Positions 1 through 9,929 of a DNA stretch of 46,623 bases are shown here, one piece after another. Numbering within the stretch: the first letter of the stretch is position 1; the number at the start of each line of letters is the position of its first letter. A program made the translations under genes and the position numbers. Origin of the DNA: Acholeplasmataceae bacterium (lineage in GTDB: Bacteria; Bacillota_I; Bacilli_A; Acholeplasmatales; Acholeplasmataceae); the NCBI GenBank assembly GCA_012520715.1, contig JAAYNT010000070.1, positions 1 to 46,623 on the forward strand. The letters are read 5' to 3'. The notes under the pieces are model-generated. The model saw only the letters and a program-made list of their open reading frames with translations, did not search any database and was not told the origin of the DNA.

Positions 1-1007
1 CTCCTAATTCAAATGTTTGATCAATGTCTAGTGAATCTCTTGTGTAGTAATCTAGTAATCTATTAATATCTTTTTCTGATAAGTTAACATATAAATCATC
101 TTCAGTTGCATCAAGTGCTGAGATTACTATATCAAGCATTTTACTTGATAGCAATGCTTGTCTTTGAGCATCAGTATAAATTCTTTCGTGTGGTTGTAAT
201 ACTGCAAGTTCTTCATCTAAGTATAGTGCTGATGTTTTTAATTCAGCATCAACTTTTTTCTTTTCTACTCTTAAATCAAAAAGTTTATTATGAGTTAATA
301 TTTTAACTAATGTAATTATCGAGATATCATCTGAGCCAACAAATGATTTTACTAATTCCATCTTATCAATTCTAATTGTCCAAGTATCAACATCAAATGT
401 TCCATATTGAGTGCCATCTTCTGATTTAAAAATTCCTTCAACAGTTGATTTTAAATCAACTTGATTTTTTAATATTGGATTTACTAAACTTCTTGGTAGC
501 GGTAAATTACCTAGTTTAACATTTGAAAATGATAACTCTAAGAAATTAGGGTCATCTTTAGCATTAAATGCTAATTTAAACCTAATTGAAAAACTTGTTT
601 TAAAAGTAATTCCATACTTTAAATCTGTTCTTAATTTAATTGTTAATCCGTCATTATGAACAGTTGTCCATACTCCAACTACTCCAACTTGTTCGCTTTG
701 TTTTAAAAAGTATTGGTTTTCTGGATCATCATCAATTAAATAATTAGGGTTTTGTTTTTGTAACATTTGAAAAATTAATACGTTTAGTTCATCTTGTGAT
801 AAGTTTAGTGCTAAATCGTTATTTTCCGCATCATCAAATACTGTAGTTAGTGATTCGTTAAATCGCTCTTCAATACTAAACGATTCATTTTCACGATAAA
901 CTTTAACTGGTGGTTTAGATCCATCAATTGCAAGAACTATAATCAGTCCTACAATAATAAATGGAAGTGCAATTAAACCAAGTATAATAAATAATATCTT
1001 TTTCATA
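1..1007 (-). CDS. hypothetical membrane-anchored protein; 3' end lies beyond the window and the N-terminal 27 codons are out of frame with the body (frameshift, assembly error or pseudogene)
   Basis: A minus-strand frame is open from 973 to the window edge (about 324 codons). It is absent from the ORF track because its stop lies outside the window. ATG at 1007 with a GAAGG SD encodes MKKILFIILGLIALPF..., then stops at 926-924. The body frame opens only after TAA 976-974. No family recognised. Confidence 0.5.
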
Positions 1008-1020
1008 ATTTACCTTCTTT

Positions 1021-2004
1021 CTAAGTTGAGTACCCACCTAATAAATAATTAGGTAGAGCTCCCTTTTTTTGAAATTGATAGTATGCAGCCGCTCCTATCA
1101 TCGCTGCATTATCTGTACAATACATCATTTTTGGAATTATGATTTCTACATCTTTAATTTCCTCAAACAATCTCCTTCTTAAGCCTTTATTGGCTGATAC
1201 CCCACCGCCAACAATTAACTGTTTGACTGGGTATTTTTCAAGTGCTTGTTGTGTTTTAGTAATTAAAACATCAATTACACTTTCTTGAAAAGATGCTGCA
1301 ACATCTTTTGGATCTACTTCTTCGCCTCTTTGTTTTTTATTATGAATTAAATTTATAACCGCGCTTTTTAATCCACTAAAACTAAAATCTAAATTATCTT
1401 GATTAATAACTGGGCGTGGTAAATCATAAATTGGCTTTCCTTCATGAGCAAGCTTATCTATTATTGGACCACCTGGATATGGAAGTCCTAAGGTTCTTGC
1501 TACTTTATCATAGGCTTCGCCAACTGCATCATCATAAGTTTGTCCTAAAACATTAAAATCTAGATGATCTTTGGCATAAATTAGCTCAGTATGTCCACCA
1601 CTAACTAGTAATACTAGTGCTGGAAACTTAATCTCGCTATCAATTCCTGCTGCATACATATGTCCTAACATATGGTTTACTCCCATTAATGGTATTTGAT
1701 TGGCAAAAGCAAATGCACTTGCTGCATTAATACCAACCAAGAGTGAACCAATTAAACCTGGGCCTTCTGTTACTGCAACTAAATCAATATCTTTTGGAGT
1801 CATATTAGCCTTAGATAATGCTTCATCAAATACTCTTGTAATATATTCGATATGGTTTCTTGAGGCAATCTCAGGAACAACTCCACCAAATGCTTTATGA
1901 ATATCAATTTGTGATAAAACCACGTTTGATAAAACTTCTTTGCCATTTCTAACAATGGCAACACTAGTTTCATCACAACTTGATTCAACTGCTAATACAA
2001 TCAT
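1021..2004 (-). CDS. tsaD: tRNA N6-adenosine threonylcarbamoyltransferase TsaD
   Basis: Kae1/TsaD motifs [35 protein letters not shown] at 2004 has a GGAGGA SD upstream and forms an ATGA overlap with the rimI stop. The track start at 2022 is a TTG next to that SD. Confidence 0.93.
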   Translation of the reverse strand: MIVLAVESSCDETSVAIVRNGKEVLSNVVLSQIDIHKAFGGVVPEIASRNHIEYITRVFDEALSKANMTPKDIDLVAVTEGPGLIGSLLVGINAASAFAFANQIPLMGVNHMLGHMYAAGIDSEIKFPALVLLVSGGHTELIYAKDHLDFNVLGQTYDDAVGEAYDKVARTLGLPYPGGPIIDKLAHEGKPIYDLPRPVINQDNLDFSFSGLKSAVINLIHNKKQRGEEVDPKDVAASFQESVIDVLITKTQQALEKYPVKQLIVGGGVSANKGLRRRLFEEIKDVEIIIPKMMYCTDNAAMIGAAAYYQFQKKGALPNYLLGGYST

Positions 2005-2447
2005 TTTGCTTGATCCTCCCAAACATATAAAATGCCGTCTTCTTTAAACTCTGGATAATAATTTTTAATTACCCACATTTCTACAAATCCGTACTTTTTA
2101 TAAATATTACGTGCCTTTAAATTAGTTTGTCTAACTTCAAGTGCTATTTTTTTAACTCCATCTTTTTTCAATTCTTCCATTGAAAAACCAAGTAAGTTGC
2201 TGCCGGCATATTGCCCTTGGCAACTTTTTTTAACTGCAAAATATAACATATCTGCTGTTGTTTCAACTACTTGATAACTAATGTATCCCATTACTTCATC
2301 ATTTTCTTTATTTTTTACTAAATAAATACGATATAGGGAATCATTAATTTGTAATAAGAACCATCTTTGGTTATCTTCATTAAATATTTCTTTGTGAATT
2401 TTATCTAATGCTTCAAGATCAAAGGTGGTTGCTTGTCTATAAATCAT
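2001..2447 (-). CDS. rimI: GNAT acetyltransferase, RimI-like (ribosomal-protein-alanine acetyltransferase)
   Basis: GNAT-like core ([21 protein letters not shown]). Sits between tsaB and tsaD as in the conserved operon. Stop codon is TGA. Confidence 0.75.
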   Translation of the reverse strand: MIYRQATTFDLEALDKIHKEIFNEDNQRWFLLQINDSLYRIYLVKNKENDEVMGYISYQVVETTADMLYFAVKKSCQGQYAGSNLLGFSMEELKKDGVKKIALEVRQTNLKARNIYKKYGFVEMWVIKNYYPEFKEDGILYVWEDQAK

Positions 2448-3025
2448 AGATTTCGCTCCGCTTCTGTTTTTCTTAAGTATTTTGGTACAAAGGAGTGAAC
2501 ATCTTTTACTAAAGACATTTTCTTAAATACTTTAGTAATATCAATTAAATAATTATCTTCATTTAAAATAACTATTTGACTGTTTTTAATTTCTGGTAAG
2601 TTAATTATATCATCATATAACATTAACGTATCTTCAAATACTGTTTTAGTATTTTCATAAATACCAAAAAAGTATTGATTACGTCTTGCATCAATTAAGC
2701 CTGCAACTTTTTTGTCATATCCACTACTTAAAAAATAAATACTACTTATTTCATAAAGTGGAATATTTTTAGTGTATGCTAACATTTTTGCAACCATTCC
2801 TGCTACACGTAGTCCAGTATATGAACCAGGACCTGATGAGACGACAATTTCTTTAATATCATCAATAGTAACATCATTTACTTTTAATAAGTTATCAATC
2901 GCATCAACCATATACTTAGCATGATCTTTTCTAGCTACTCTTGTATAATTAGCTATTAGTTTATTATCTTTTGCAAGTCCAATCCACATTAATTTAGTTG
3001 AACTATCTAATATTAGCCGATACAT
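2444..3025 (-). CDS. tsaB: tRNA threonylcarbamoyladenosine biosynthesis protein TsaB (YeaZ)
   Basis: SSGPGSYTGLRVAG motif and N-terminal LILDSS pattern. ATGA overlap with rimI. Confidence 0.85.
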   Translation of the reverse strand: MYRLILDSSTKLMWIGLAKDNKLIANYTRVARKDHAKYMVDAIDNLLKVNDVTIDDIKEIVVSSGPGSYTGLRVAGMVAKMLAYTKNIPLYEISSIYFLSSGYDKKVAGLIDARRNQYFFGIYENTKTVFEDTLMLYDDIINLPEIKNSQIVILNEDNYLIDITKVFKKMSLVKDVHSFVPKYLRKTEAERNL

Positions 3026-3462
3026 TTTAAAACTCCTTCATATTTACTACCTTTAGGAATAAATGTAAATGTTCTTTCATCTAGATTACCTTTATCAATT
3101 TTAATAAGTAGGTACTCCTCTGGTAGTACTTCTTCTACTTGAAATGGCCATTCAATAACTGCAATCCCGTCTACTAAATAATCTTCCAAGTCAAAATCAT
3201 AACCGACAGAATCTAGTCTGTACAAGTCTAAATGATGTAAATCTACACCTTCTCCAGTGTAAGATTTCATAATAGTAAAACTAGGACTATTTACTACCTT
3301 TTTTACACCTAAGGCTTTAGCTAATCCTTGGGTAAATGTTGTTTTACCGGCTGCTAAATCACCATCAAGTAAAATTACTGATGGCATAGTAATGCATTTT
3401 CCTACTTTATAGCCCAAATTTCTTGTCTCTTCAGCGCTACTAGTTTTAAATTTATTTGTCAT
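3013..3462 (-). CDS. tsaE: tRNA threonylcarbamoyladenosine biosynthesis ATPase TsaE (YjeE)
   Basis: P-loop GDLAAGKTTFTQG, about 150 aa, directly upstream of tsaB. Confidence 0.88.
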   Translation of the reverse strand: MTNKFKTSSAEETRNLGYKVGKCITMPSVILLDGDLAAGKTTFTQGLAKALGVKKVVNSPSFTIMKSYTGEGVDLHHLDLYRLDSVGYDFDLEDYLVDGIAVIEWPFQVEEVLPEEYLLIKIDKGNLDERTFTFIPKGSKYEGVLKCIG

Positions 3463-4738
3463 GTCCTGGTTTTCCTAATAATTTAAACATATTCTTCTTA
3501 TATTTTTCAACACCTGGTTGATCAAATGGATTAACTTCTAGTAAGTATGCAGACATTGCACACGCTTTTTCAAAGAAATATACTAAATAACCAAAACTAT
3601 AAGGTGTTAATTCTGGAATTTTAATTTCCATAATTGGAACGCCACCTTCGTGGTGTGCTTGAATAGTTCCTAGCATTGCTTGTTTATTAACATAACTTAA
3701 TTTCTCTCCAGCTAAATAGTTTAGACCGTCATTATCTTCTTCAACGAACGGAATTTTAATATCACTTGCTACTTTATCAACAGATAAAACTGTTTCAATT
3801 AAAAATCTTGGTCCGTCTTGAAAATATTGTCCAAGTGAATGAAGATCAGTTGTAAAATTAGCACTTGCAGGAAATAATGCTTTACCATCTTTACCTTCAG
3901 ATTCACCAAATAGTTGTTTCCACCATTCAGCTAAATATGAAAGCTCATAATCATATGAAGCAATTGCTTCTACTTTAAATCCTTCAGTGTAGTATAAATA
4001 TCTTAAAACTGCGTATTGATACGCTTCATTATCTTCTAATTTGTCAATAAAATAACGGTTTTGTGCATGCATTGCACCACTTATAATTTCATTTAAGTTA
4101 TACCCAGCAGCTGCAAGTGGTAATAATCCCACTGCAGTAAGGACACTAAAGCGTCCTCCAACATCATCGGGAATAACAAATCTTTGATAATCTTCTTTTA
4201 CTGCTAGTTGATATAATGCTCCTCTTTTTTGATCTGTTGTTACATAAATGCGGTCTTTTGCATCTTTGCCGTATTTCTTTTCAATTAATTCTTTTAATAC
4301 TCTAAAAGCAATCGCTGGTTCAGTTGTAGTTCCTGATTTTGAAATAACGTTAATTGAAAACTCTCTATATTCTAAATATCTAACAAGCTTAGATAAATAA
4401 GTTGAAGAAAGCTGGTGACCAGCAAAAATAACTTCAACATGTGGTGCTTCGTAGTTATTTAAATAATCTAATCCGGCTTGTGCGCCTAAGTATGAACCAC
4501 CAATTCCAATTACTACTAATACTTCACTTTGAGATCTAATTTTATTAGCAGCTTCAGTAATTTGTGGAAGTTCTTTTTGTATTTTATTTGGTAAATCAAC
4601 CCATCCTAAAAAATCATTACCAAGTCCTGTTTTATTATGTATCATTTCGTGTATTTCGCAGACTTTTTGTTGCATTGGCAAAATATCTTTTTTTAGTGTC
4701 TTGTTTGCATAATTAATATCTAATTTCAAATATGACAT
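3452..4738 (-). CDS. pgi: glucose-6-phosphate isomerase
   Basis: Motifs GIGGSYLGAQ, SKSGTTTEP, GGRFSVLT. Start moved to the ATG of MSYLKLD, 9 nt after an AGGAG SD. The track start at 4777 is a TTG abutting a TATAAT box. Confidence 0.93.
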   Translation of the reverse strand: MSYLKLDINYANKTLKKDILPMQQKVCEIHEMIHNKTGLGNDFLGWVDLPNKIQKELPQITEAANKIRSQSEVLVVIGIGGSYLGAQAGLDYLNNYEAPHVEVIFAGHQLSSTYLSKLVRYLEYREFSINVISKSGTTTEPAIAFRVLKELIEKKYGKDAKDRIYVTTDQKRGALYQLAVKEDYQRFVIPDDVGGRFSVLTAVGLLPLAAAGYNLNEIISGAMHAQNRYFIDKLEDNEAYQYAVLRYLYYTEGFKVEAIASYDYELSYLAEWWKQLFGESEGKDGKALFPASANFTTDLHSLGQYFQDGPRFLIETVLSVDKVASDIKIPFVEEDNDGLNYLAGEKLSYVNKQAMLGTIQAHHEGGVPIMEIKIPELTPYSFGYLVYFFEKACAMSAYLLEVNPFDQPGVEKYKKNMFKLLGKPGHDK

Positions 4739-4768
4739 TTTCATCATCTCCTTTTGCCTTTCTTCTAT

Positions 4769-4774
4769 ATTATA
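4769..4774 (-). promoter_or_regulatory. candidate -10 box (TATAAT) for pgi
   Basis: Minus-strand TATAAT lies about 30 nt upstream of the pgi ATG. No convincing -35 and no canonical TGn extension. Confidence 0.3.
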
Positions 4775-4803
4775 CAATACCCTTATTAGAAAATATATAT
4801 TTT

Positions 4804-4832
4804 AACAAAAAAAGAAAGATATATTATCTTTC
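4804..4832 (-). terminator. rho-independent terminator after the Nudix gene
   Basis: On the minus strand: GAAAGATA-ATA-TATCTTTC followed by seven T. The stem overlaps the Nudix stop codon. Confidence 0.55.
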
Positions 4833-5324
4833 CTTTTGAAATCTTCCTTCAATACCTGATCTAATTCCTTTGTAGTAGTCTTTAATAATTAACTCATTAT
4901 CAAGAGCATGAATCTGTGGTAAGTTATCTAAATCGAAGTATCCAAATTCTAATGATTCGCTATCATTAATTTTAAGATCTCCGCCAATTACTTTGGCTTC
5001 AAATCCAAACGCGATAACTTCTGCGACATCATCACCAAACCATGACATACTAGGATTAATATAAACTCCAATAAAATCTACTATTTCTATTTCTAAGTTA
5101 GTTTCTTCTAAAACTTCTCTTTTAGCACATTCAATTAATGTTTCATCTAGTTCTTTTAATCCGCCCGGAAGCCCCCAAAGCAAATTGTCAGAACGCTTTT
5201 GTAAAAGGATTTTCCCTTCATCATTAGCAATTACCGCACAACAACTAACTAACATTATTTTATCTTTTGGAATTACTTGTCTTACTTTTTTTACATAATT
5301 TTTATCCATCTTTATCACACTCAA
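4824..5324 (-). CDS. NUDIX hydrolase
   Basis: Nudix box GGLKELDETLIECAKREVLEETNL. The track start is a TTG; the ATG of MDKNYVKK at 5309 is an alternative start. Confidence 0.85.
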   Translation of the reverse strand: MSVIKMDKNYVKKVRQVIPKDKIMLVSCCAVIANDEGKILLQKRSDNLLWGLPGGLKELDETLIECAKREVLEETNLEIEIVDFIGVYINPSMSWFGDDVAEVIAFGFEAKVIGGDLKINDSESLEFGYFDLDNLPQIHALDNELIIKDYYKGIRSGIEGRFQKER

Positions 5325-5347
5325 TATAAAAGCCGCTAAGCGGCTTT
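5323..5347 (-). terminator. candidate terminator after degV-family gene
   Basis: On the minus strand: AAAGCCGC-TTA-GCGGCTTT followed by TATATT. Confidence 0.45.
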
Positions 5348-5352
5348 AATTA

Positions 5353-6216
5353 TTAATCTTCGTAAGCTAAATAAATACCCATTCCGCCTGGCCCGACGTG
5401 AGCGGCTACAATGTGGCTAGCTAGTCCTACCCATTTTACATCTAAATTACTAAATCTTTCTTTTAATCCGTCATAAAATGATTTAGGTGCTTTAGGTTCA
5501 TCAACATATGCAAACCAAGCTAAATATTTTTTGCCTGGATATTTTCCCATAAATTCTTCAATGCGTTTTTCAATAAATTTAAACGCCCCTTTAAAACCTC
5601 TAGCTGAACGACTTACAATGTCTAATACATTTCTTTTAAATACTAAAATTGGTTTTACTCTAAGTATTGATCCTAAAATATATTTAACTCTACCTAGTCT
5701 TCCTTGACGGAAAATAGTTCCTAAATCATCTACTACAAATACTAAATGACCTTGGTCTTTAGCTTTCGTTAGATGTTTGATAGTTTGAACCATGTTCAAA
5801 TTATCTTCATAAAACAATTTACATGCTAGCTCAATATAATAAAGAGCACCCATTGTAATTGATTCTGTATCAAAAACAAATGTTTTATCTTGCATGTCTT
5901 GATCTAACATACTAACTGCTATGTTAGCACTGTTGAATGTTCCACTTAATGTTGAACTTAAAGTAATTACTAATACTTCTTGGTAACCTTCATTAAATAA
6001 TTCTTCAATTTTTTGTTTGAATACTTCTGGTGATGGTTGACTAGTTTTTACATCTTGTCCCATCTTAAGAGTTGAAATAACTTCTTCATTTGAAATGTAC
6101 TCAGTAGTTTTATCACCGATTGTGATTGTTAAATTAGCTACTTTAATATTGTATTTTTCAATTAGTTCTTCGCTTACGCTTGAAGTAGAGTCAACTACAA
6201 TTCCATACTTTTTCAC
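5353..6216 (-). CDS. DegV family fatty-acid-binding protein
   Basis: N-terminal YGIVVDSTSS pattern and about 285 aa length are typical of DegV. GTG start 8 nt after a GGAGGT SD. Confidence 0.85.
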   Translation of the reverse strand: MKKYGIVVDSTSSVSEELIEKYNIKVANLTITIGDKTTEYISNEEVISTLKMGQDVKTSQPSPEVFKQKIEELFNEGYQEVLVITLSSTLSGTFNSANIAVSMLDQDMQDKTFVFDTESITMGALYYIELACKLFYEDNLNMVQTIKHLTKAKDQGHLVFVVDDLGTIFRQGRLGRVKYILGSILRVKPILVFKRNVLDIVSRSARGFKGAFKFIEKRIEEFMGKYPGKKYLAWFAYVDEPKAPKSFYDGLKERFSNLDVKWVGLASHIVAAHVGPGGMGIYLAYED

Positions 6217-6233
6217 AATTTTTACCTCCTAAG

Positions 6234-6452
6234 TTAAACTGCTACTACAGCAATTACTCCTGGAACTTGTTCCACGAGAATTCTTTCTATTCCATCATAT
6301 AACGTATTATCAATAAGAGCACATCCATCACATGCTCCTAACATTTTTACATAAACAATGCCATCTTCAACTTTGACAAGTTCGATGTCACCACCATCTC
6401 TGTTAAGATATGGTCTTATTCTATTAAGTAGTTCTCTTACTTTTTCTTCCAT
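6234..6452 (-). CDS. NifU C-terminal (Nfu-type) Fe-S cluster domain protein, YutI-like
   Basis: IRPYLNRDGGDIELV and the CxxC motif GACDGCA. The second ATG (MEEKV) has better spacing from the GAGGA SD than the track start at 6461. Confidence 0.8.
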   Translation of the reverse strand: MEEKVRELLNRIRPYLNRDGGDIELVKVEDGIVYVKMLGACDGCALIDNTLYDGIERILVEQVPGVIAVVAV

Positions 6453-6729
6453 CTTTAACATCCTCTTTTATTCTTTTTAGTATAAAGTAAGCAACATTAT
6501 AATTACAAGAGTCATTTAAGTAATCAGGAATTAAGTTATAACTAGTTTTACCTTTTTCATTATCCCTAAATCCTTTTAATCTTAAAACTCCTGATGAAAC
6601 ATCACCGACAATATAATCATATTGCTTAAATGCGGTATCAACATAGCGAGCATTAAAACTTGCAACATCAAATGCATCACGATAGTTTTTAATTAAATCA
6701 AATCTTCCATGTTCAGTTTCAACGATCAT
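6424..6729 (-). CDS. DUF1027 / YutD-like protein
   Basis: YDYIVGDVSSGVLRLKGF resembles the YutD family signature. About 100 aa. Confidence 0.6.
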   Translation of the reverse strand: MIVETEHGRFDLIKNYRDAFDVASFNARYVDTAFKQYDYIVGDVSSGVLRLKGFRDNEKGKTSYNLIPDYLNDSCNYNVAYFILKRIKEDVKDGRKSKRTT

Positions 6730-6730
6730 T

Positions 6731-7828
6731 TTATACCCCCTCTAATAATACAACCGCTTCAGCTGCGATTGCTTCATTTCGTCCAATTGGACCAACCTTT
6801 TCGGTTGTTGTTACTTTGAAATTGATTTTATCTAAATCGATTTCTAATAAATCTTTAATATTATTTATAATCTCTTCACGATGTTTTTTTAATTTTGGCT
6901 CCTCTAAATACAACATTATATCTATATTAGATATACCATAGTTTTTAGATTTCATCTTTTGTAATACATTTTCAAGTAATAATTTTGATGAAATGTCTTT
7001 AAATTTGGAATCATTATCAGGAAAATTAACTCCTAAATCACCTAAACCAAGTGCTCCAATTATCGATTCTGTAATAGCGTGCAATAATACATCGGCATCA
7101 CTATGCCCTAATAAGCCTAAGTGATAGTCAATTTCAACCCCGCCTAAAATTAATTTTCGATTTTTCACTAACTTATGAAGATCAAAACTATGACCTATAC
7201 GGTAGTTATTTATAAATAACTTCTTAACTCTTAGAAAGTCTTCATAGTAAGTAATTTTATCATTACTAGCCGTGTGAAAGACTGGAACTATTAATAAATC
7301 TTTAAATAAACTTGTAACCATGCCAACTTCATCAGTGTAATCTTTAGTACTTTTATTAAAAACTTTAACTAATAAATCACGTCTAAACACCTGAGGTGTC
7401 TCAGAGGTGATGTATAAGTCTCTATCAACTGATTTATAACCATCACTTGTTAACACTTTTAATGAATCACTTACTTGTTTTGCAAGATACACTCCATCAT
7501 TTTCTTTTATATTATTTTCTAATAATTCAATTAACTCTTTAGTAATTAAAGGTCTTGCAGCATCATGAATAAAAACATATTCCCCGTTTGCGTGTTTTAA
7601 TCCATTATAAACACTTTTACTTCTAGTGCTTCCGCCTTTTACTACTTTTACATTTTTGATATTTACTTCTTCATTAATAACTAAAATAACTTCATAACCA
7701 AGCTCTAAAAAGACATCAACACTATGTTGATAAACTGGTTTGTTATTAATAAGTAAATTTATTTTTTGAGTGTTGCCGTCTGTAAATCTTTCTGATTTAC
7801 CACCAGCAACAATAATTGCAGAGTTCAT
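6731..7828 (-). CDS. ispDF: bifunctional IspD/IspF (MEP cytidylyltransferase / MEcPP synthase)
   Basis: N-terminal half has IIVAGGKSERF (IspD). C-terminal half has GHSFDLHKL and GHSDADVLLHA (IspF metal and substrate motifs). Both lie in one uninterrupted ORF. Confidence 0.9.
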   Translation of the reverse strand: MNSAIIVAGGKSERFTDGNTQKINLLINNKPVYQHSVDVFLELGYEVILVINEEVNIKNVKVVKGGSTRSKSVYNGLKHANGEYVFIHDAARPLITKELIELLENNIKENDGVYLAKQVSDSLKVLTSDGYKSVDRDLYITSETPQVFRRDLLVKVFNKSTKDYTDEVGMVTSLFKDLLIVPVFHTASNDKITYYEDFLRVKKLFINNYRIGHSFDLHKLVKNRKLILGGVEIDYHLGLLGHSDADVLLHAITESIIGALGLGDLGVNFPDNDSKFKDISSKLLLENVLQKMKSKNYGISNIDIMLYLEEPKLKKHREEIINNIKDLLEIDLDKINFKVTTTEKVGPIGRNEAIAAEAVVLLEGV

Positions 7829-8361
7829 TAAATCTCCTTTTTACTGACGAAATAATAATCTAATAATTCATCTAAATCATCATATTTAAACTCAACTTCT
7901 TGAAAATCATAAATGACACCAACTACAAAAGTTGGTCTATTTTTTGATATATATTTATCATAATATCCACCACCATAACCTAACCGGCGATTTTGATAAA
8001 TCGCTAGCGATGGTGTAATTAAATAATCTATCTTTTCAGCTACTTCCCCACTAGCAGGCTCATCAATTTGATAAGGTCCTTTTATTAGAGGAGTTTCTTT
8101 AGTTATTTCAACAAATATTATCTCATCATCTACTGTCTTTGGTACGTAAAACGTCTTGCCTTTTAAACTAAGAAGTCTTGTTAGATCTAGTTCGTTATTA
8201 ACTGGCAAATAAATACCAATATTATTAGAATTAATAAAGTTAGGATCTTCTAGTATTTGAACTATAATATGATTAGAGTGATACTCTATAAATGCCTTAT
8301 TAAGGCTTTTTCTAGTTTTTAATAGATTTTTTCTTACATCAGTTTTTTCAGATATCTTCAT
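7828..8361 (-). CDS. 5-formyltetrahydrofolate cyclo-ligase
   Basis: RRLGYGGGYYDKY motif, about 180 aa. TAATG overlap with ispDF. Confidence 0.82.
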   Translation of the reverse strand: MKISEKTDVRKNLLKTRKSLNKAFIEYHSNHIIVQILEDPNFINSNNIGIYLPVNNELDLTRLLSLKGKTFYVPKTVDDEIIFVEITKETPLIKGPYQIDEPASGEVAEKIDYLITPSLAIYQNRRLGYGGGYYDKYISKNRPTFVVGVIYDFQEVEFKYDDLDELLDYYFVSKKEI

Positions 8362-9916
8362 AATAACATATATGTCCTTTGTATTTTGGGTTTTCAGCTA
8401 CCTTTAAAGCTTTTAATGCGGTATCAAGTAGTTCATTTTCATTATAGCCATCTCGGTTAATAATTGAAATTCCCGCAAACACTTCTAATTCTAACTTGTT
8501 AGAACCATATTCAAGTGTCATATTTAAATAATCGTCATTGGCTTGAACACCATTACGAATTAAACTCATTTTTCTTTGATCAACTAAAATTAGTGCAAAA
8601 GTTGATCCACTAATTCTATAAACATAACCATCTTCTTCGGTAAATGCTTTTTCAATTTTATTAATATATTCTGAAAGCGCCATATTACCAACATCACGTG
8701 AGTGAAGTTCGTTTATATATTTTAAGTTTTTAACTCTTAAAATAGCTAAATGGAAATATCTTTCTTCATCAATTAATTTATTAAGTTTTATTAATAGATC
8801 GTTTTGATCACCTAAATTATCTAAGTTTTGAATATTACTTCTCATAAAGTGTTTTGTGTTAACTAAATTAATTGAACTCATTATCATTGAGCGATCATCT
8901 AAAAACACTTTTTTAGATTTTTCTATATACCAGCGGTAGACACCTCTTGTAAATAGGCGGTACTTCATCTCAAGATTTGGTTGAGATGGGGTTAGCTTAT
9001 TAGCTTTAGTTAAATATCTAGATAAATCATCTGGTTGCATTAGTTTTAAGAAATCTTCTTGATGAAGATCGTTTGATACTAAACCTAATTGTTCTACTAA
9101 GTTATCCGATATCCACATTGACTCATCTTCAATATCAGTAAATGCTAATCCTTCATTGCTTACTTCAAGAGTTGCAATAAACTGCTCTTGCAGTGTTTCA
9201 AGTTGTAGGGAAGTTTGTTTTAATTGTTTTTCTACACTTAATAAATTAAAGTCAGTTTTCTTCTCACCAATTAAAAACCTACCATAATAACCAAGTCTTG
9301 AAAACATGGCTTGATCAATTAAATGAATAATTGTTGTATCTCCTTCAGCATTGAAAAATGATATTTCTAACTTTAAGTTTTCATTAGGTTCATTAATCTT
9401 TTTATATTGATTAAATCTATCTTCTAGGTCTCTATTTGAAAAGTTTTTACCATTAATTTGAGTAATTCTAATTGCTCTGTTTAAAATATCAAATAATTTT
9501 TGTTTTATTACTTCTTCTTTAGTCATTTGTAAATCTTCTAGTAAATTATCAGATATATCAGTAATTCTATCTCTGCGGTCTAAAATAATAAATGTATTCC
9601 AAGGTGATGATTTAATTGAATCCGCATATAATCCTAATTCTCGTTTAGACATTAGGATTTTAGAAAATAATATTACAATAAATACTAATAGTAATAAAAA
9701 TTCAAAAATACCAATTCCAAAATATATCTTTTCAAATGTGGCATCGTTTTTAATTACTGTATTATATAGTGCAAAAAAGATCACAGCAACAATAATATTT
9801 ACTGACGCTATAATCGTTTTATAAATTGGTAGTTTTAATTCATTAATGCTATCTAATAAGACAACTATGCCAATTAGAAATGATACTATTAAAATTGAAA
9901 TTGGTAAAAAATCCAT
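8348..9916 (-). CDS. membrane sensor protein: 3 TM helices, two PAS-like segments, degenerate (SGSTF) GGDEF-fold domain
   Basis: Hydrophobic N-terminus (3 helices). PAS-like EMKYRLFTRGVYRWYIEKSKKVF. The C-terminal domain aligns to GGDEF domains, but the signature is YRISGSTFALILVD and the upstream Asp residues are replaced. Confidence 0.7.
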   Translation of the reverse strand: MDFLPISILIVSFLIGIVVLLDSINELKLPIYKTIIASVNIIVAVIFFALYNTVIKNDATFEKIYFGIGIFEFLLLLVFIVILFSKILMSKRELGLYADSIKSSPWNTFIILDRRDRITDISDNLLEDLQMTKEEVIKQKLFDILNRAIRITQINGKNFSNRDLEDRFNQYKKINEPNENLKLEISFFNAEGDTTIIHLIDQAMFSRLGYYGRFLIGEKKTDFNLLSVEKQLKQTSLQLETLQEQFIATLEVSNEGLAFTDIEDESMWISDNLVEQLGLVSNDLHQEDFLKLMQPDDLSRYLTKANKLTPSQPNLEMKYRLFTRGVYRWYIEKSKKVFLDDRSMIMSSINLVNTKHFMRSNIQNLDNLGDQNDLLIKLNKLIDEERYFHLAILRVKNLKYINELHSRDVGNMALSEYINKIEKAFTEEDGYVYRISGSTFALILVDQRKMSLIRNGVQANDDYLNMTLEYGSNKLELEVFAGISIINRDGYNENELLDTALKALKVAENPKYKGHICYYEDI

Positions 9917-9929
9917 TATATTCTCCTAG

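Noticed and set aside
106-306. Short ORFs on the opposite strand or in an alternative frame of well-supported genes. Examples: 106-306, 1700-1900, 1800-1988, 13228-13476, 16572-16790, 17588-17770, 20051-20317, 22188-22373, 22617-22877, 23073-23261, 25350-25711, 28128-28376, 28854-29054, 31789-32007, 32288-32503, 43723-44067, 44244-44438, 45500-45727.
   Set aside because: Each lies fully inside a longer ORF with clear family motifs. Their products are low-complexity (L/F/I/S-rich), have no SD, and are what AT-rich antisense frames produce by chance.
959-962. Phase variation by homopolymer slippage as the explanation for the frameshift in the first gene.
   Set aside because: The run is only 4 nt long, whereas known slipped-strand switches use much longer tracts. 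It is kept only as a remote possibility within the frameshift finding.
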